DNA of 64,000 nt from Chrysomallon squamiferum (Eukaryota; Animalia; Mollusca), in NCBI GenBank assembly GCA_012295275.1, contig CM022669.1, positions 17,794,001 through 17,858,000 of the forward strand, in the 5' to 3' direction. This document shows, piece after piece, positions 1 to 13,098 of the stretch; within the stretch, counting starts at the first letter, position 1, and every line of letters starts with the position of its first letter. The notes beneath the pieces are model-generated. The model saw only the letters and a program-made list of their open reading frames with translations. It did not search any database and was not told the origin of the DNA. The translations under genes and the position numbers were made by a program.

Positions 1-877
1 ACTGGGGATATTTTTTTTCTAATTTTTTGTTTACTAAATACATGTATTTCCTAAGGCCTGCATGGTTTTTATTTTTAATATTTGCACTTGAATAACCTGA
101 ACTGTAGATGTATTCATCGTGCAGGAAACACACGATCATCTGAATGGAAATGAAAGAGGTATTGTTAATATTTGTGATGTGGAATACAGCTGTGGGTGAT
201 ATCAGTTATTAGTTTACGCGTCCTCCCATTATATGACAATGTCTGCACATCTTTCGTTTCAAACCTGCCAGTAATCTGCATACTACACCGACCGCCGCTC
301 ACTGAACCGCTTCCTGCTGTAATGTTATCGCTACAGAAAGAAGACGGAGCGATGGGAAGGAAGACAGTCGAATCTGACATGCGCGGCAGCTGTTTCAAAG
401 AGAAGTTTGTCTACGGGGTCATATGTCAAAGCGAATGGAGATTCCAAAAGTGTTAACAATCAATTACAGTCTCTCTCTCTTTTATATGTAGCTATAAAGG
501 CTCTTTTTCAAAAAACACCACAACTACATGTAACAGTGCTACGTCAAGTGTTAAAATGTAAATGAATGTAATGTGAGAAAAAGAAAATCAAAACGAAACA
601 AAAAGAGAATAAACAAATAGGTTTATTAAGGATTTAACATGTGTTTGATTGATGCTACCGTTTTGAAATTTATTTACTTATCTCTCTGCTTATCTGTTAC
701 CTTATCGTGAAGATTTCCTTATCTGTGTCAGAATATGATAACATAATCCCTGTGAGAATATTTGTTCTACTTGATTAAAAACAGTTTTAGAAACAAACTA
801 AATCTTCTTTTTAAAAAATAGAACAGCACATGGCATAATTTTGATGCGTTAGTATCTTTCTCCTCCTCTCCCCCCTC

Positions 878-918
878 TCTCTCTGTCTCTCTCTGTCTCT
901 CTCTCTCTCTCCGTCTTT

Positions 919-978
<60 letters not shown>
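878..978. repeat. (CT)n/(GA)n microsatellite
   Basis: Direct dinucleotide run; accounts for the RERERE ORF. Confidence 0.95.
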
Positions 979-983
<5 letters not shown>

Positions 984-1898
984 ATATCTATCATCCCTAC
1001 ATCTTCTGGACATTTTCTAAATATGTTAGATGGCTGGATTACATTAAACGTTTCACTTTAAATGAATAACTGAAAGAAATTATAGAGATGTTCAGAAAAG
1101 AAGATATCGTAACTGCCTTATCACAGAAGATAAAGTTCTACATCGTTTTAAATAGCATCTGCAGCATTGACTTGAGAGTTATTACTACCATCATCATCAT
1201 CATCAACATCACAGGTAATCTGAATTAATTTTTTGTAAAAATAAGCAGGACTCATAAACATAATTATACATTTTGGTAAACATTACATTTTAATACATTA
1301 TCTATAAAATATAAGGAAATTTATCTTACGCTTTATAAATGATCACCAACAAAATTCCCTAAATCTGATAACGGGAATAACGACGACAACAACAACAATA
1401 ATAATGGAATAACTGATATAAGAACTGCATGAAAAAAGTTACTAGTATTTATATAATTATATAATTCTTATTTTCGTTCAAATCCATAAAAAAATAAATA
1501 TTTTTATTGTTTCAATAAAATTTTGTTAGAGGTCTGTTAGCATTAACTTTATATTTAAATTTTATTTAATATTATAGACAAAAATAATCCTTGCTAAAAA
1601 GAATATTTAATTCAAATAAGCAAATATATCCCATTTTAAAACATAAATATAGATTACAAAATTCAATATCGTATTTCTTTCTTTTCGTTTACTTTTTTTT
1701 AGAAAAAAACAAAAAATAATAAAAGTAAGAAATAAATTTTAAAATATTAATAATTCACGTCTGGACAATAAAATTGTAAAATATAACGCTTATTATTTCA
1801 TCTGTCTTATTTTCTGTTTCGTTAAAGCCTCTGTTGTCTCTATCTGTTCAATAAACTTGGGTAAAGTAAATAATATTAGAAAATGAAAACACACTCAC

Positions 1899-2640
1899 CA
1901 CTATGAAGCAAACTGTAAACAATCGTCGGTTCGCAACAACGTGCGCGTGCAGCAGACGACACATTGTCTTCTGCCAAACGACGCGAAGGCGCCAAACTCT
2001 CTTTTTTTTTTAAGCAGACAGATGGAACGTCATGAAGTGGTCGTTTATCCAAAAGTTCTCTTTGAAAACGATTATCCAAAGAACAAGGCGGTCCTTTACA
2101 AGGACCATAGCTTCTTTTCTTCTTCCTTTTCTTTTTTTTTTTTTTTTTTCTTTTCTTTTTAACGCAACCGTTTTTCGTTCACAGATAAATTAGAATCTTT
2201 TGTTTTTGAAGAGCAGATGGGAAACTGTGGGTTACAAACGCTAGCTCTGTATGTGTGGCTTTAAGGTCACGACAGAGATGCGTAACCTGAAGAAAAATTA
2301 AGGATGGTTTTTTTTTGTGTGTGTTTTTTTTCCCACCACATGCAAGGTAGACTGAGCGTTCGCGTCTTTTAATCGTTCCGTACAGACTATAACTTGCGCT
2401 GAGACGCCATTTTCGATTTTTATCACTGCTAATTTCTACACGATAACAGCTCCGTTCCAATAAATGTCATGTTGCGGAAAGTCTAATTTCATCAGCGGAA
2501 CACTAGGGAAGTGTAAAAATGTAAACACGTCGATGCTGCTGTTTTGAATTGTCTGTGGCCTTTTGTTGGTGTGTTCACGTGGAATAAGAAATCTTGTATA
2601 TGTATTACATTCGTACGTGCATGTGTGTGGGTACCTTTAT
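1899..2640 (-). other. Possible 5'-UTR exon(s)/promoter region of a minus-strand gene continuing off the left edge
   Basis: CpG-richer island. Minus-strand donor AGTG|GTGAGT at ~1898, acceptor TTTTCTTCAG at ~2287 and possible donor AAAG|GTACC at ~2633. No recognisable protein; the tracked ORF starts at TTG. Confidence 0.25.
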
Positions 2641-3287
2641 GATTTTTGGGGGAAGAAAAAATACTGCAACAGCTACTGCTGATCTTACTCCTACTGCCTG
2701 CTGCTACTACTATTACAACTGCTGTTACTGCTGCTAGTACTAGTACTACTACTACGACAATTACTTCTACCACTACCACCACTAATACTTCTATTACTAT
2801 TACTTACTACTATTAGTACTACTACTACTACTACTACTATTAATAATAACAACAACAACAACAACAGCAATAGCAACACATTTTACTAATGCTGGTAATC
2901 ACCACAATACCACTTTAAAAATCTGAGGTCATGAACACAAACACGAACACCGACTAAACAGAAGCAACAGCAACAGTAAAAACAAAACGACGACAACAAC
3001 AACAATAATAATAATAACAGGAAGAGAGAGTGCGGTTTAAAAAAGACGTTTTGACATTCTAATTAATTTTAGGTGCCGAGAAGCAGACTAGAAGATGTCG
3101 ACAGACTAAAATCAACATATTTTTTGTTGTTTGTTGTTTTGATATACACCACCATTTAGAGGTCTATTAGTTGCGTGCGTTCTTATCTGTGCAGATAACA
3201 GCGTTGAAATGCAGCTACTGACAACGCATGCAATTTGTGCAGAGTTAGATACAGTAAAAATGAGAAATATACAGAAAACTAATACAG

Positions 3288-3326
<39 letters not shown>

Positions 3327-3442
3327 AGAAGAAAAAAGAAAATAGTTCTTTAGTGTGGGTGTTTGCAGGGAGCTGTGAATTTCATAATTATTATATAAAG
3401 TGTGAAGTTGCTACAAAAATAATAATATTAAGTAAATTAATA

Positions 3443-3476
<34 letters not shown>

Positions 3477-4247
3477 GCAATAATAATAACAGTTACAACA
3501 AGAAAAACAACAACAATAATAATAATAATAATAAAAGAAAAAAAAAACATTTATATATAAATTCAACAGTCTAATGGTCTGATTTGTTTTCATGAATTTA
3601 TTTACGATATTTTACTGAAATGAATTTAATTCATAAATGTTCCCATGATTTCAGATAAATCAAATTCATAACGCACTAATTAAAACAGAAATAAGAACGT
3701 ATAAGAAATAATTTATGAATTACCGTATAACATATATATATATATATAAAAAAAATAAAAATAAAAAAAAATAAAATAAAATAAATAAATAAATATATAG
3801 GTCTATATGTAACCTTAACTAATTTTGTTTCTCACGTCGTCATTTCCGGAAATAAATAAGACAATTGACTGACGTCATTAATAATTCAACCAGAGCTGGG
3901 GTGAATGTTTTATCGTGTTATATTATATTTGAATTAGAGACAACTTCTGTAAGTTAAAGTGTTCATTTTATTGATAAATTATAAACTCAAAAAAATATTG
4001 GTTATCAACATTTTAAATTCAAATAATATTCTTTGAAAATCATGCTTTCTAATAAACCTAAATATTTTTCGAACTGTTTCTGCTACTGCTTTTATTTCGA
4101 TTGCTACTAAATATTTTACGAATTCCTTTTATAACTATTACTGCACACTAGTAAATGAATTCCTTTTAAAGTCTTTTTTTTTCATTGTTAAATATATTAC
4201 GTATTCCTTTCCATGACTACTGTTCCTAAATAATAAACGATATTTCT

Positions 4248-4461
4248 CTAAAGTTCTTCTTTCGTTTTTATATCTTCCTGTTCCTTATCATTTCCCATCC
4301 ATTTCTTCCCGAACTCCGCACTGTACTTTTTATATTCAATCATGAAATCATTTCCTAAATATTTTTTGTAAGTTTCCACAAAATCGGACACGTTAAATGC
4401 CATAAGTTCTTCCCAGGAAAGATTGTCGTTTTTGTCTGTGTCAAATTCTTCGAAAACCTTA

Positions 4462-4520
<59 letters not shown>

Positions 4521-4674
4521 CAACAACAACAACAAAACAACAATAACAATAATAACAATAACAGTAACAGTAACAATAACAATAATAATAATAAAAAGAA
4601 GAAGATGATGAAGAAGATTAAGATTAAAAACAAGAATAATAAGAACAAGAACAGCAACAACAACAAAGCATTAA

Positions 4675-4706
<32 letters not shown>

Positions 4707-5146
4707 GACACTTTAAGATTCACCAAAGTAAATTATAAACTATACCTCTTAAAGGACTTAAGTATGTAATCAAACATACTGAACCCTTTGAAAGTAATAA
4801 CTACGAATAATCTTCATTTTAACTAAATTTTTTCTTCTTCTTTTTAAAATCGTATAATTAATTTTGATTTTATTTATGAGTTAACAATATTTTTTCCCTT
4901 TAAACAAACGTTTCAGATTTATTTCTATAATCATAAAAATAAATAACTACAAGTACTTTAAAAATAATAAATAAATAAAGGTTCCGCAAAGAGCTTTGTA
5001 GAGATATGAGAAAATGTCTTCTTGTTAACACATACGAGTACCTTCATTTTAATGTTGTCGTCAGGAATTAGCAGTTCCCAAGCGTAAAATATATCTTCCT
5101 TAGATATGAGACGTTGGTCTGGTAGTTCACTCAGAATCATTGTTCT

Positions 5147-5194
<48 letters not shown>

Positions 5195-5292
5195 TAATTA
5201 CAATAAATACATAATTATTAAAATAATACTTAATACATGACATGATATGACTTGATAAAGCATAAAATATATGACATATCATACACTCACAC

Positions 5293-5328
<36 letters not shown>

Positions 5329-7812
5329 GCACACATACACATACACACAGATATTCGTACCCAATGCACTTACACAGTTGCTAGCAGTGTTAAGTGATTC
5401 AAACTGCGTATCCACGAAATTCATCAAAAATGAATCATTCTTAATAATGCTAACTTAAAATGTTCAGTTTGTATATATGTTTTTATTGATATGTAGAAAT
5501 TTCCAGAATACATTTTCTGTACTTCCATGTTACTGTTCGTTGATTATTTGTTTCAGGAACGGATAAATAACTGTAAACAAAACGTATCCTCAGTCTTTTG
5601 TGTGTATTTTTACCACCCACTTTAATTTAAAATAATAATAATAATAATAATTTATTATTATTATCATTATTAATATTATTAGTAGTAGTACTAGTAGTAG
5701 TAGTTGTAGTAGTAGTAATGGTAGTGGTAGTATTTTAAATTCTATATACCAAATGACATCATGATGAAAGAGGGAAATCTCGTTCGTTTTTTTTATTTTA
5801 ATCGTTATTCTTTATTAGTAGACTGAATACAAGCGATAAATAAAACAATTACTTGGAACAACACATAATATTTTAAATCAGTTTGTTCATAGTACAACGT
5901 AGACTCTGACACTGACCGCAACCACATTCCTATAGTTATAGTAACAGTAACTATAAAAACAACAACAACAATTATTATTATTGTTATGAAGATTATATTA
6001 ATATTACTGAGATTTCCCTCTTTCATCATGATGTCATTTGGTATATAGAATTTAAAATACTACTACTACTACTTCTACAACTAATAATAATAATAATAAT
6101 AATAATTATAATTACTACCCTTTGAACTACAGTTCATGGGTTGGTCTATGTAAAAAATCCCTTCCAGCTATTGGAAAAGAAAAACCTGTCAAATGGCAGA
6201 AGCCAGAAGCCGGTTTCTTCTCGCTTTATGTGTAATGTTCTTAACAATAATATGTATGAGGTTTTAATAGTCAAAAATGTGATGAGTGAGTTTAGTTAAA
6301 TAAGCTGTTTAATTCTTCGTATCTTACCTAAAGAATTCATCCATGTTGGAGAAAGCGTGTTTGGTTAGAGGTTCAGCTTCCAGTGGGACGTTTCCCCTAG
6401 CAACGCAGTCCGTGTTGTTGAAGTAGATGATATGGTAAAACCAAATATTCACTGCCAAGTTTCGTTCTCCCGCGGAATTTACCTGATGAAACCAGCTGGA
6501 CAGAGGAAGAAAGCAAAATGAAAAAAAAAATGTGATTTAATAAAAGTTTGAATTGGTCAGTGCGGAATATCATATTGGTTTTATAATTTATAATTTATTT
6601 TATTTTATTTTATTTTATTTTATTTTATTTATTTATTTATTCATTCATTCATTCATTCATTCATTCATTCATTCATTTATTTCATTCATTTATTTATTTA
6701 TTTATTTATTTTATTTATTTTATTTTATTTATTTATTTATTTTATTTTATTTTATTTTATTTTATTTATTTATTTATTTTTTAGTTTTTAAAATATTATA
6801 CAAAATCGGTGAACTTCATAATAAATTATTGATATACTACACAGTCAACTCTAGATACAAGTTTTTGGTCAATTACACATATAACGTTATTGGGCAACTA
6901 TTTATAAACATCGGGCTATTACCCAAAATACGTTATCGGTCAAATACATATTTAATTTATTAGTCAAATAAACACACGTAAATTATTGGTCAATTACAAA
7001 TACAAGTCATCGGTCAATAACATATAAATTATACATTATTGGTCAACTTTAAGTTATAGGTCAACCACACATATAAGACATGGGTCAATTACATATATAT
7101 ACGTTATCATACTTGCTGGGAATAAATAGGCAGTCTCCTTTTTCCATGTGTGCCGAGTACCAGGAAATGTCCTGGAATTCTGGGAAGGCGTGCATGTCAA
7201 CCTTGTCGACGTCAGCTGTACTGTAGGAAGTACCTTCCATCCAGCCACGTGCTGTGACTAGGTCAGCCTGAGACTGAAAACATTTCAAACATTGCATCAG
7301 AATGTGTGTCTCTGTGTGTGTGTGTGTGTGTGGCCGTTTGGTTAACGCATGCGTGTGCTGTGTTTAGTATACTGTCATCCGACAGTTGTTAAAGTGTAGA
7401 TGCTGTGGACATAAGTTATTCCTTAGCAGAGGAGTTCGGCTCAGTACAATAAATATTTGATTCAACGATATTTTAATACTAACGATTATTAGTATACTGC
7501 TATTAGTTATGTCGCGATTTTGTGGTCAGGAAAGACTCGGTATTGTGAGCTCGATTGTGGAGATACATGCGGTGTGTTAGTGTGTGTACGTGTGTGTGTA
7601 CGTGTGTGCATGTGTGTGTTTGCATATGTGTGTGGACGTACGTAAGTGTATGTATGTATGAATATATTTTGCATGTATCAACAGTAAACAAAGAATTATA
7701 TACAGACAGTCAGACAGACATGCCATCCATACACACCTTCATAGAACTACATATAATAATATATAACAGCCAGTTACACACACAGACAAACGTATACACA
7801 CACACAGACAAA

Positions 7813-7864
<52 letters not shown>

Positions 7865-8231
7865 TATACATATTTATATGGTCAAAGACACATGTAAGTT
7901 TTTGCCATGCGTGTACATGCATAACTATATCTTTCTCTGTGTATATATGTATACCTTATTGTTGACTCAACCAAAAATATTACACATACGTGGTCTTGAA
8001 ATTAAATTACAGTGTACTAACCGGGCTAATAAAAATAAAATCTTTTGTTCCATCCAGCAGACAGTTAATGTTATCAAACTCGTCAGAGTGTAAGACAGAC
8101 CTCGTTCCTCCACTGCTGAACCAAGCGATCGCTCCGAAAATATTCTTCTGAAAACCTCCACACACCAGGCACCTCGGTAAATAGATGTCCTCTAAATAAA
8201 TAAATAAATAACAATAACAAACAACAACAAT

Positions 8232-8283
<52 letters not shown>

Positions 8284-9468
8284 TAAATTAATTAATTAAT
8301 TAATAGAAATAACAACAGCAATAATAGTAACAATATCAACAACAACAACAATAATAAACAGTTAAAAAATATACATTTAATAATAATAAATAAATAAATA
8401 AATAATACGTGTGTGTCAGAGAGAAAGGGAGTGAGACTGTCTGTCTGTACATGTTTATACGATAATAACAATCAGATAACAGAATTAACTTCAGTAAATG
8501 AAAAAACAAAAAAAAAAAACGAATCTACAAATAATAGCATGAATCAATCAACAAATTAAATCCTGTTAGATTTACACTTGTGTTTTACTCAGTAAAATTA
8601 TCTAGAATTCTGATTTCAAACAATAGAAGGCCACATAAACTTTCATTGAGAAACGGGTTTTAAAATAATTTGACTGGTGAGGCAGCTCGTTCATACTAGA
8701 TGAAACGATTCGCATTAACCCTAAGGCTGACTTGGTTGAAGCTTAGGGGCCCGTTATTAAATGTTAACCCTATGTATACGGCAAACGCTGTATGCGCGTC
8801 ACTGAAATCAGTTTATCGGAAACCTCTTTGATACGAGAGACGTTAAGGATGCGTTAAATTATATACCGGTATTTTTGTATTGCTTTGCTTTCTGCCTAAT
8901 TACACGTTGTCTGAAAAGATGATATTATTTTCTTTGTTATTCCATTAATTACTTCATTTGTAAAATTATTGTAATAAACTGTACGAAAGGAGAGCGTGAA
9001 ATTCGCGGAAAGGGCGTTGGGGAAATGTCGAAGGGCCCCACAAAAAGCTCAAAGCCTTAGGGCCCTGTTATGTTGTAATACGACACTGGATGGAACCATA
9101 ACATATTCTGAATTTTTAACTAACCTTTCATTTCTGACGACAAATTTTGCACCATGTAAATATCAGTAGTTTTGTAAAGTTTGAGAAAATCCTTCAGCGT
9201 AATTTCTTCCATTCCCAGATTCCTGTCTTCCTTCTTTCCTTCTTCCACATCAACTAGAATATCACCGAATTTCTCTCTGGGGAAAAAAATATAATAAAAT
9301 GACACACACACATACATAGATACATACATACATACATACATACATACATACACACACACATACATACATACATACATACATACATACATACACATACATA
9401 CATACATACATACATACATACATAAACACACATACATACATACATAGATACATACATACATACATACA

Positions 9469-9547
<79 letters not shown>

Positions 9548-11198
9548 CAATAAACAAACATTGATTAATTAATAATTGAGAGTATCATTAAATAAAATAC
9601 ATTCTAAAATCAGTTATTTGCTTATTATTATTATTATTTGTTGTTGTTGTTATTATTAGTAGTATTATTTGTTATTGTAGTTGTTGTTGTTTTTATTATT
9701 ATTTTTATTTGTTGTTGTTATAATTGTTCTCGTATCGCTTGTTTGTTAGTTATAAATCGTGTAAGAGTTTTTCTGTAACATCTGTTGTTTTTGTCTAGTG
9801 AGAGCAGATAACATCCGGGACAAAAAAAAAAAAAGAAAAAAAAAAGGAATAATAATAATAAAAAAAAGAAGAAAAAAAATAAATAAATAAATAAATAAAT
9901 AAAATAAAATGGATTCAAAATTACAATAAATTAATGAACTGTAAAAAGAGCATTTACTTAACGAGATGTACGGATGTCAAAAGTTTTAGTTTAGTTTAGT
10001 TCAGTTTTGTTTTTGTTTTGTTTTTTTGGTTTATATATATATTATATTATTATTATTATTATTATTATTATATTTATTTATTTATGATTTTGTTCTGTAC
10101 TTTTGTATTTTATTTTATTTTTGTTTTTTTTTTTTTTATTTTATTTTACTTTACTTTACTTTATCATTATCATTTATTATTATCATTCTCATATTATTAA
10201 CGAGAATAACAAATTCAGAACTGCAATCTGTGAGCACTAAAACAAAAAACTGTCCAACGAATGGAAGCATAATCAAAATAAATTTTCTTATATAAATGAC
10301 TCATCCTTATCATCAAAATTATATCCTTAAATTATTTATGATTAGTTATCTTTCTAAATGATGACATTCTGCTCAAATTCATATCTGTATCATAACTATT
10401 TAAAATTATTTCCAGGCGATGTCATAATAATACTTGTACTTAAAATTAAGTCTGCGTCAAAAATGATTTCAGCATGCTCAACATTATTTCCGTAACAGAT
10501 TGACGTAAAGGTTTTTACTCAAAATAAATTCGACATACCCCAGATAGTCAACATGCTCAAAATTATTTCCGTAACAGAATGACGTAAACATTTTTACTAA
10601 AAATAAATTCGACATACCCCAGATAGTGAACATGCTCAAAATTATTTCTGTAACAGATTGACGTAAACATTTTCATTCAAAATAAATTCGACATACCCCA
10701 GATAGTCAACATGCTCAAAATTATTTCCGTAACAGAATGACGTAAAAATCAAAATAAATTCGACATACCCCAGATAGTGAACATGCTCAAAATTATTTCT
10801 GTAACAGAATGACGTAAACGTTTTTACTCAAGATAAATTCGACATACCCCAGATAGTGAACATGCTCAAAATTATTTCTGTAACAGAATGACGTAAACAT
10901 TTTCACTCAAAATAAATTCGACATACCCCAGATAGTCATCCGTCCACAACGTATAGGCAGGAAGCTTCGTCCGTGTAAGAACATTTCTAAACAAGACGGG
11001 TTGTCCACGATCCACATACCTGCGAAAAAATTCTGGAGGGTCGGGGAAATCGTCCAGCGTGGGGATAGCTCCAACAGGGGGAGCATGCGCACCTAGTGGT
11101 TGCAAATGTCCCGGGGGGTCGCCACTACTGCTAACAATCGAATTGAAAAAGCACAAAAGGAAAAATAGTACTAATTCTGACGACGTCCTATCATCCAT
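4248..11198 (-). CDS. JmjC (cupin-like) Fe(II)/2-oxoglutarate oxygenase with signal peptide, C-terminal EF-hand and KEEL ER-retention-like motif; ~411 aa, 7 exons
   Basis: Exons 11198-10927, 9276-9125, 8191-8022, 7273-7113, 6495-6328, 5144-5042, 4457-4248; all GT-AG and phase-compatible, total 1236 nt. Motifs: hydrophobic N-terminus LVLFFLLCFFNSIVSS; PEFFRRYVDRGQPVLFRN; WFSSGGTRSVLHSDEFDNINCLLDGTK (HxD); GDCLFIPSNWFHQV (distal His); EF-hand loop DTDKNDNLSWEE; terminal KEEL-stop. Confidence 0.9.
5727..6063. repeat. Perfect 55-bp inverted repeat (arms 5727-5781 and 6009-6063, 227-bp spacer) in a JmjC gene intron
   Basis: GTAGTATTTTAAATTCTATATACCAAATGACATCATGATGAAAGAGGGAAATCTC is the exact reverse complement of 6009-6063; the flanking TAG/CTA microsatellites are also mirrored. 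Confidence 0.9.
6845..7110. repeat. Degenerate ~20-28 bp minisatellite (core GGTCAATTACA..TATA..GTTAT) next to the exon-4 donor of the JmjC gene
   Basis: About ten recurrences of (G)GTCAA(T/A) spaced ~20-28 bp. Confidence 0.65.
8710..9089 (-). mobile_element. Degenerate non-autonomous DNA transposon (hAT/MITE-like) in JmjC intron 2
   Basis: GC-richer block. One end reads CAGTGTCGTATTAC...AGGGCCCTAAGGC...GGGGCCC and the other GGGCCCCTAAGCTT...CTTAGGGTTAAT, a subterminal GGGCCC pattern typical of hAT-derived MITEs. TIRs are degenerate. Confidence 0.35.
9303..9544. repeat. (TACA)n plus (TA)n compound microsatellite
   Basis: Direct runs; accounts for the MYVC ORFs. Confidence 0.95.
10473..10938. 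repeat. 79-bp minisatellite, 6 copies, spanning the exon1/intron1 junction of the JmjC gene
   Basis: Unit starts CATGCTCAA at 10473, 10552, 10631, 10710, 10782 and 10861 (one copy 7 bp short). Each unit contains ACATACCCCAGATAGT, which is minus-strand ACTATCTGGG|GTATGT. Confidence 0.95.
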
Positions 11199-11279
11199 TG
11201 GAAACGAACACGATAAAAGTTGTCGTTACCGCGATGAATATAAACTTTTCTACGTTCAGCTCAAAACGTTTCGAGCATA

Positions 11280-11400
11280 AATCCTAAGTTGTGTTTTGAG
11301 CTGCAATTGTTGCAGTGTACGTCGTGGTGCCCGTCACGTGCTGCCGCAGCTGGGAGCAGTTAGGTGTCGTTTTGTTGTGACAGCAGGAACAGGTAAGATG
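11280..11400. promoter_or_regulatory. CpG-rich promoter region of the JmjC gene with E-box GTCACGTG; possibly bidirectional
   Basis: GC/CpG enrichment just upstream of ATG 11198; GTCACGTG at 11333-11340; plus-strand donor CAG|GTAAGA at 11392/11393. Confidence 0.45.
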
Positions 11401-11592
11401 ATTTTAGGAAATGATGTTAATTATCTGTAATGTCGAGCAAACACGTTCGATAGCAGATAACATTTTTTATCATTTACTTGCATTAACATAATAATAATAA
11501 TAACAACCACAGATGGCAGTACTGAATGACAGATAATTATGACGGTCCTTTTCTCCAGCTTGGTTTTATTTTATTTGTTTTAATTTGTTTTC

Positions 11593-11623
<31 letters not shown>

Positions 11624-11672
11624 TATATATATATTATAAATTAAAAAAAAAAAATTCTTCATTTTTTAAAAG

Positions 11673-11719
<47 letters not shown>

Positions 11720-12284
11720 GTTTTTTTTTTTTTTTTTTTTTTAAAGTTTCGATTAAAAACATAATAACTCTGTCGAGACAAGAACATTGGATGTTAAAAT
11801 CGCCAGACGCTGATTAACCAATCAAACGAAATTCTCTTAATACTAACAGCGGTTTCAGCTTGTTCAGGATTTCACACTCCGCCTTTATTACAAGCTCTCC
11901 TGTCTGCGAAATACATAAAAACAAAACGAAATAGGACGTGCGGTCTATTTGCACAATAAAATAAATATCAATGTTTAACACGTATATCTGGTAGCGAACA
12001 TGATTGTATTTAATCTTAAAAAAGTACTAAATAGAGTTATTGCCCCTGATATCACGGCGTGTTTCAGTAAGGTAATTAAATGACCATATTTAACACAAGT
12101 TTACATCAATGGTGTAATAGAATTAGCGTAATATATATATCATTGTTGTTTTATTTCTTTATTTCCTGGAGAATTTTGTCTCTTTATTCGTTTATACATC
12201 AGTGTTTCCTTTAACATTTATTTAATTTACTCTTTTTTTTTCTTTTTTTTTAAATCCAGTTATTAACAATGTTTTTTATATCTG

Positions 12285-12335
<51 letters not shown>

Positions 12336-13042
12336 GAAAGAATAATGTTGATAATAATAATTTTTATTATTAAAAAAAAAAAAATGATAATAATAAATTA
12401 ATTAATGAAAATAAATAAAGTAAAATAAATAAAATATAATATAATATAATATAATAATAATAAAATTTAAAAAAAACTAAATAAATAAATACGAATAAGA
12501 ATGAATTTTGGTAGGTAACGAAACATGCTAATAAGTGTGTACATTGTTGTGTATGTATATATGTATGTATTCTTTGTGTGTATTTATTTTACATGTTTCT
12601 ATATATCATTATATTTGTGCATCTTTGTATATATGTTATCTTTGTATGTATGTATGTATGTCCGTATTATGTGTGCGTGTATACGCACGTTTTATGATTA
12701 TTATTATTATTATTAATATTATTATTATTATTATTATTATTATTACACCGCGATTTAATTTTGAGCAGAACGAGGACAATGAAAACAAGCTCATTAAATT
12801 TAATAAAAATATCTCTTTTAACTCAGTTTTACAATTTAAAATATATTATTTGCAATAAAATACTAAAAAGAACTTCAAATAAAAAATAAATAATTGTAAT
12901 AAAAATAACATTTTCAGTCCATGAATTGAACAATATTATTAACACAATTTAAAAATAAATAAACAAATAACAACAACAATAATACACGTTCGCAGTGTTT
13001 TGCCCGTTTTACAACATGATGTAATAATTATTCAATGCAGTA

Positions 13043-13098
13043 TGACCTTTGACCGTAAAAATTATACTAATGACGTCAGCGCATTTCCCCCATAAATA
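13043..13098 (+). promoter_or_regulatory. Motif cluster upstream of histone H1: DR1-like TGACCTtTGACCG, CRE TGACGTCA, TATA-like CATAAATA
   Basis: TGACCT-T-TGACCG at 13043-13055, TGACGTCA at 13071-13078 and CATAAATA at 13091-13098, all within 160 bp of the ATG. Confidence 0.45.

Noticed and set aside
496-522. AAAGGCTCTTTTTCA...CACCAC resembling a histone 3' stem-loop
   Set aside because: The 3' arm (AAAAAC) cannot pair with GGCTCT, and there is no histone ORF upstream.
767-10295. Numerous low-complexity ORFs (RERE, poly-L/Y/N, CVCV, MYVC, IYLF)
   Set aside because: Translations of microsatellites, except where they overlap the real JmjC exons.
10473-10938. CRISPR-like regular repeat array
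   Set aside because: Units are contiguous and near-identical with no unique spacers; eukaryotic context and no cas genes.
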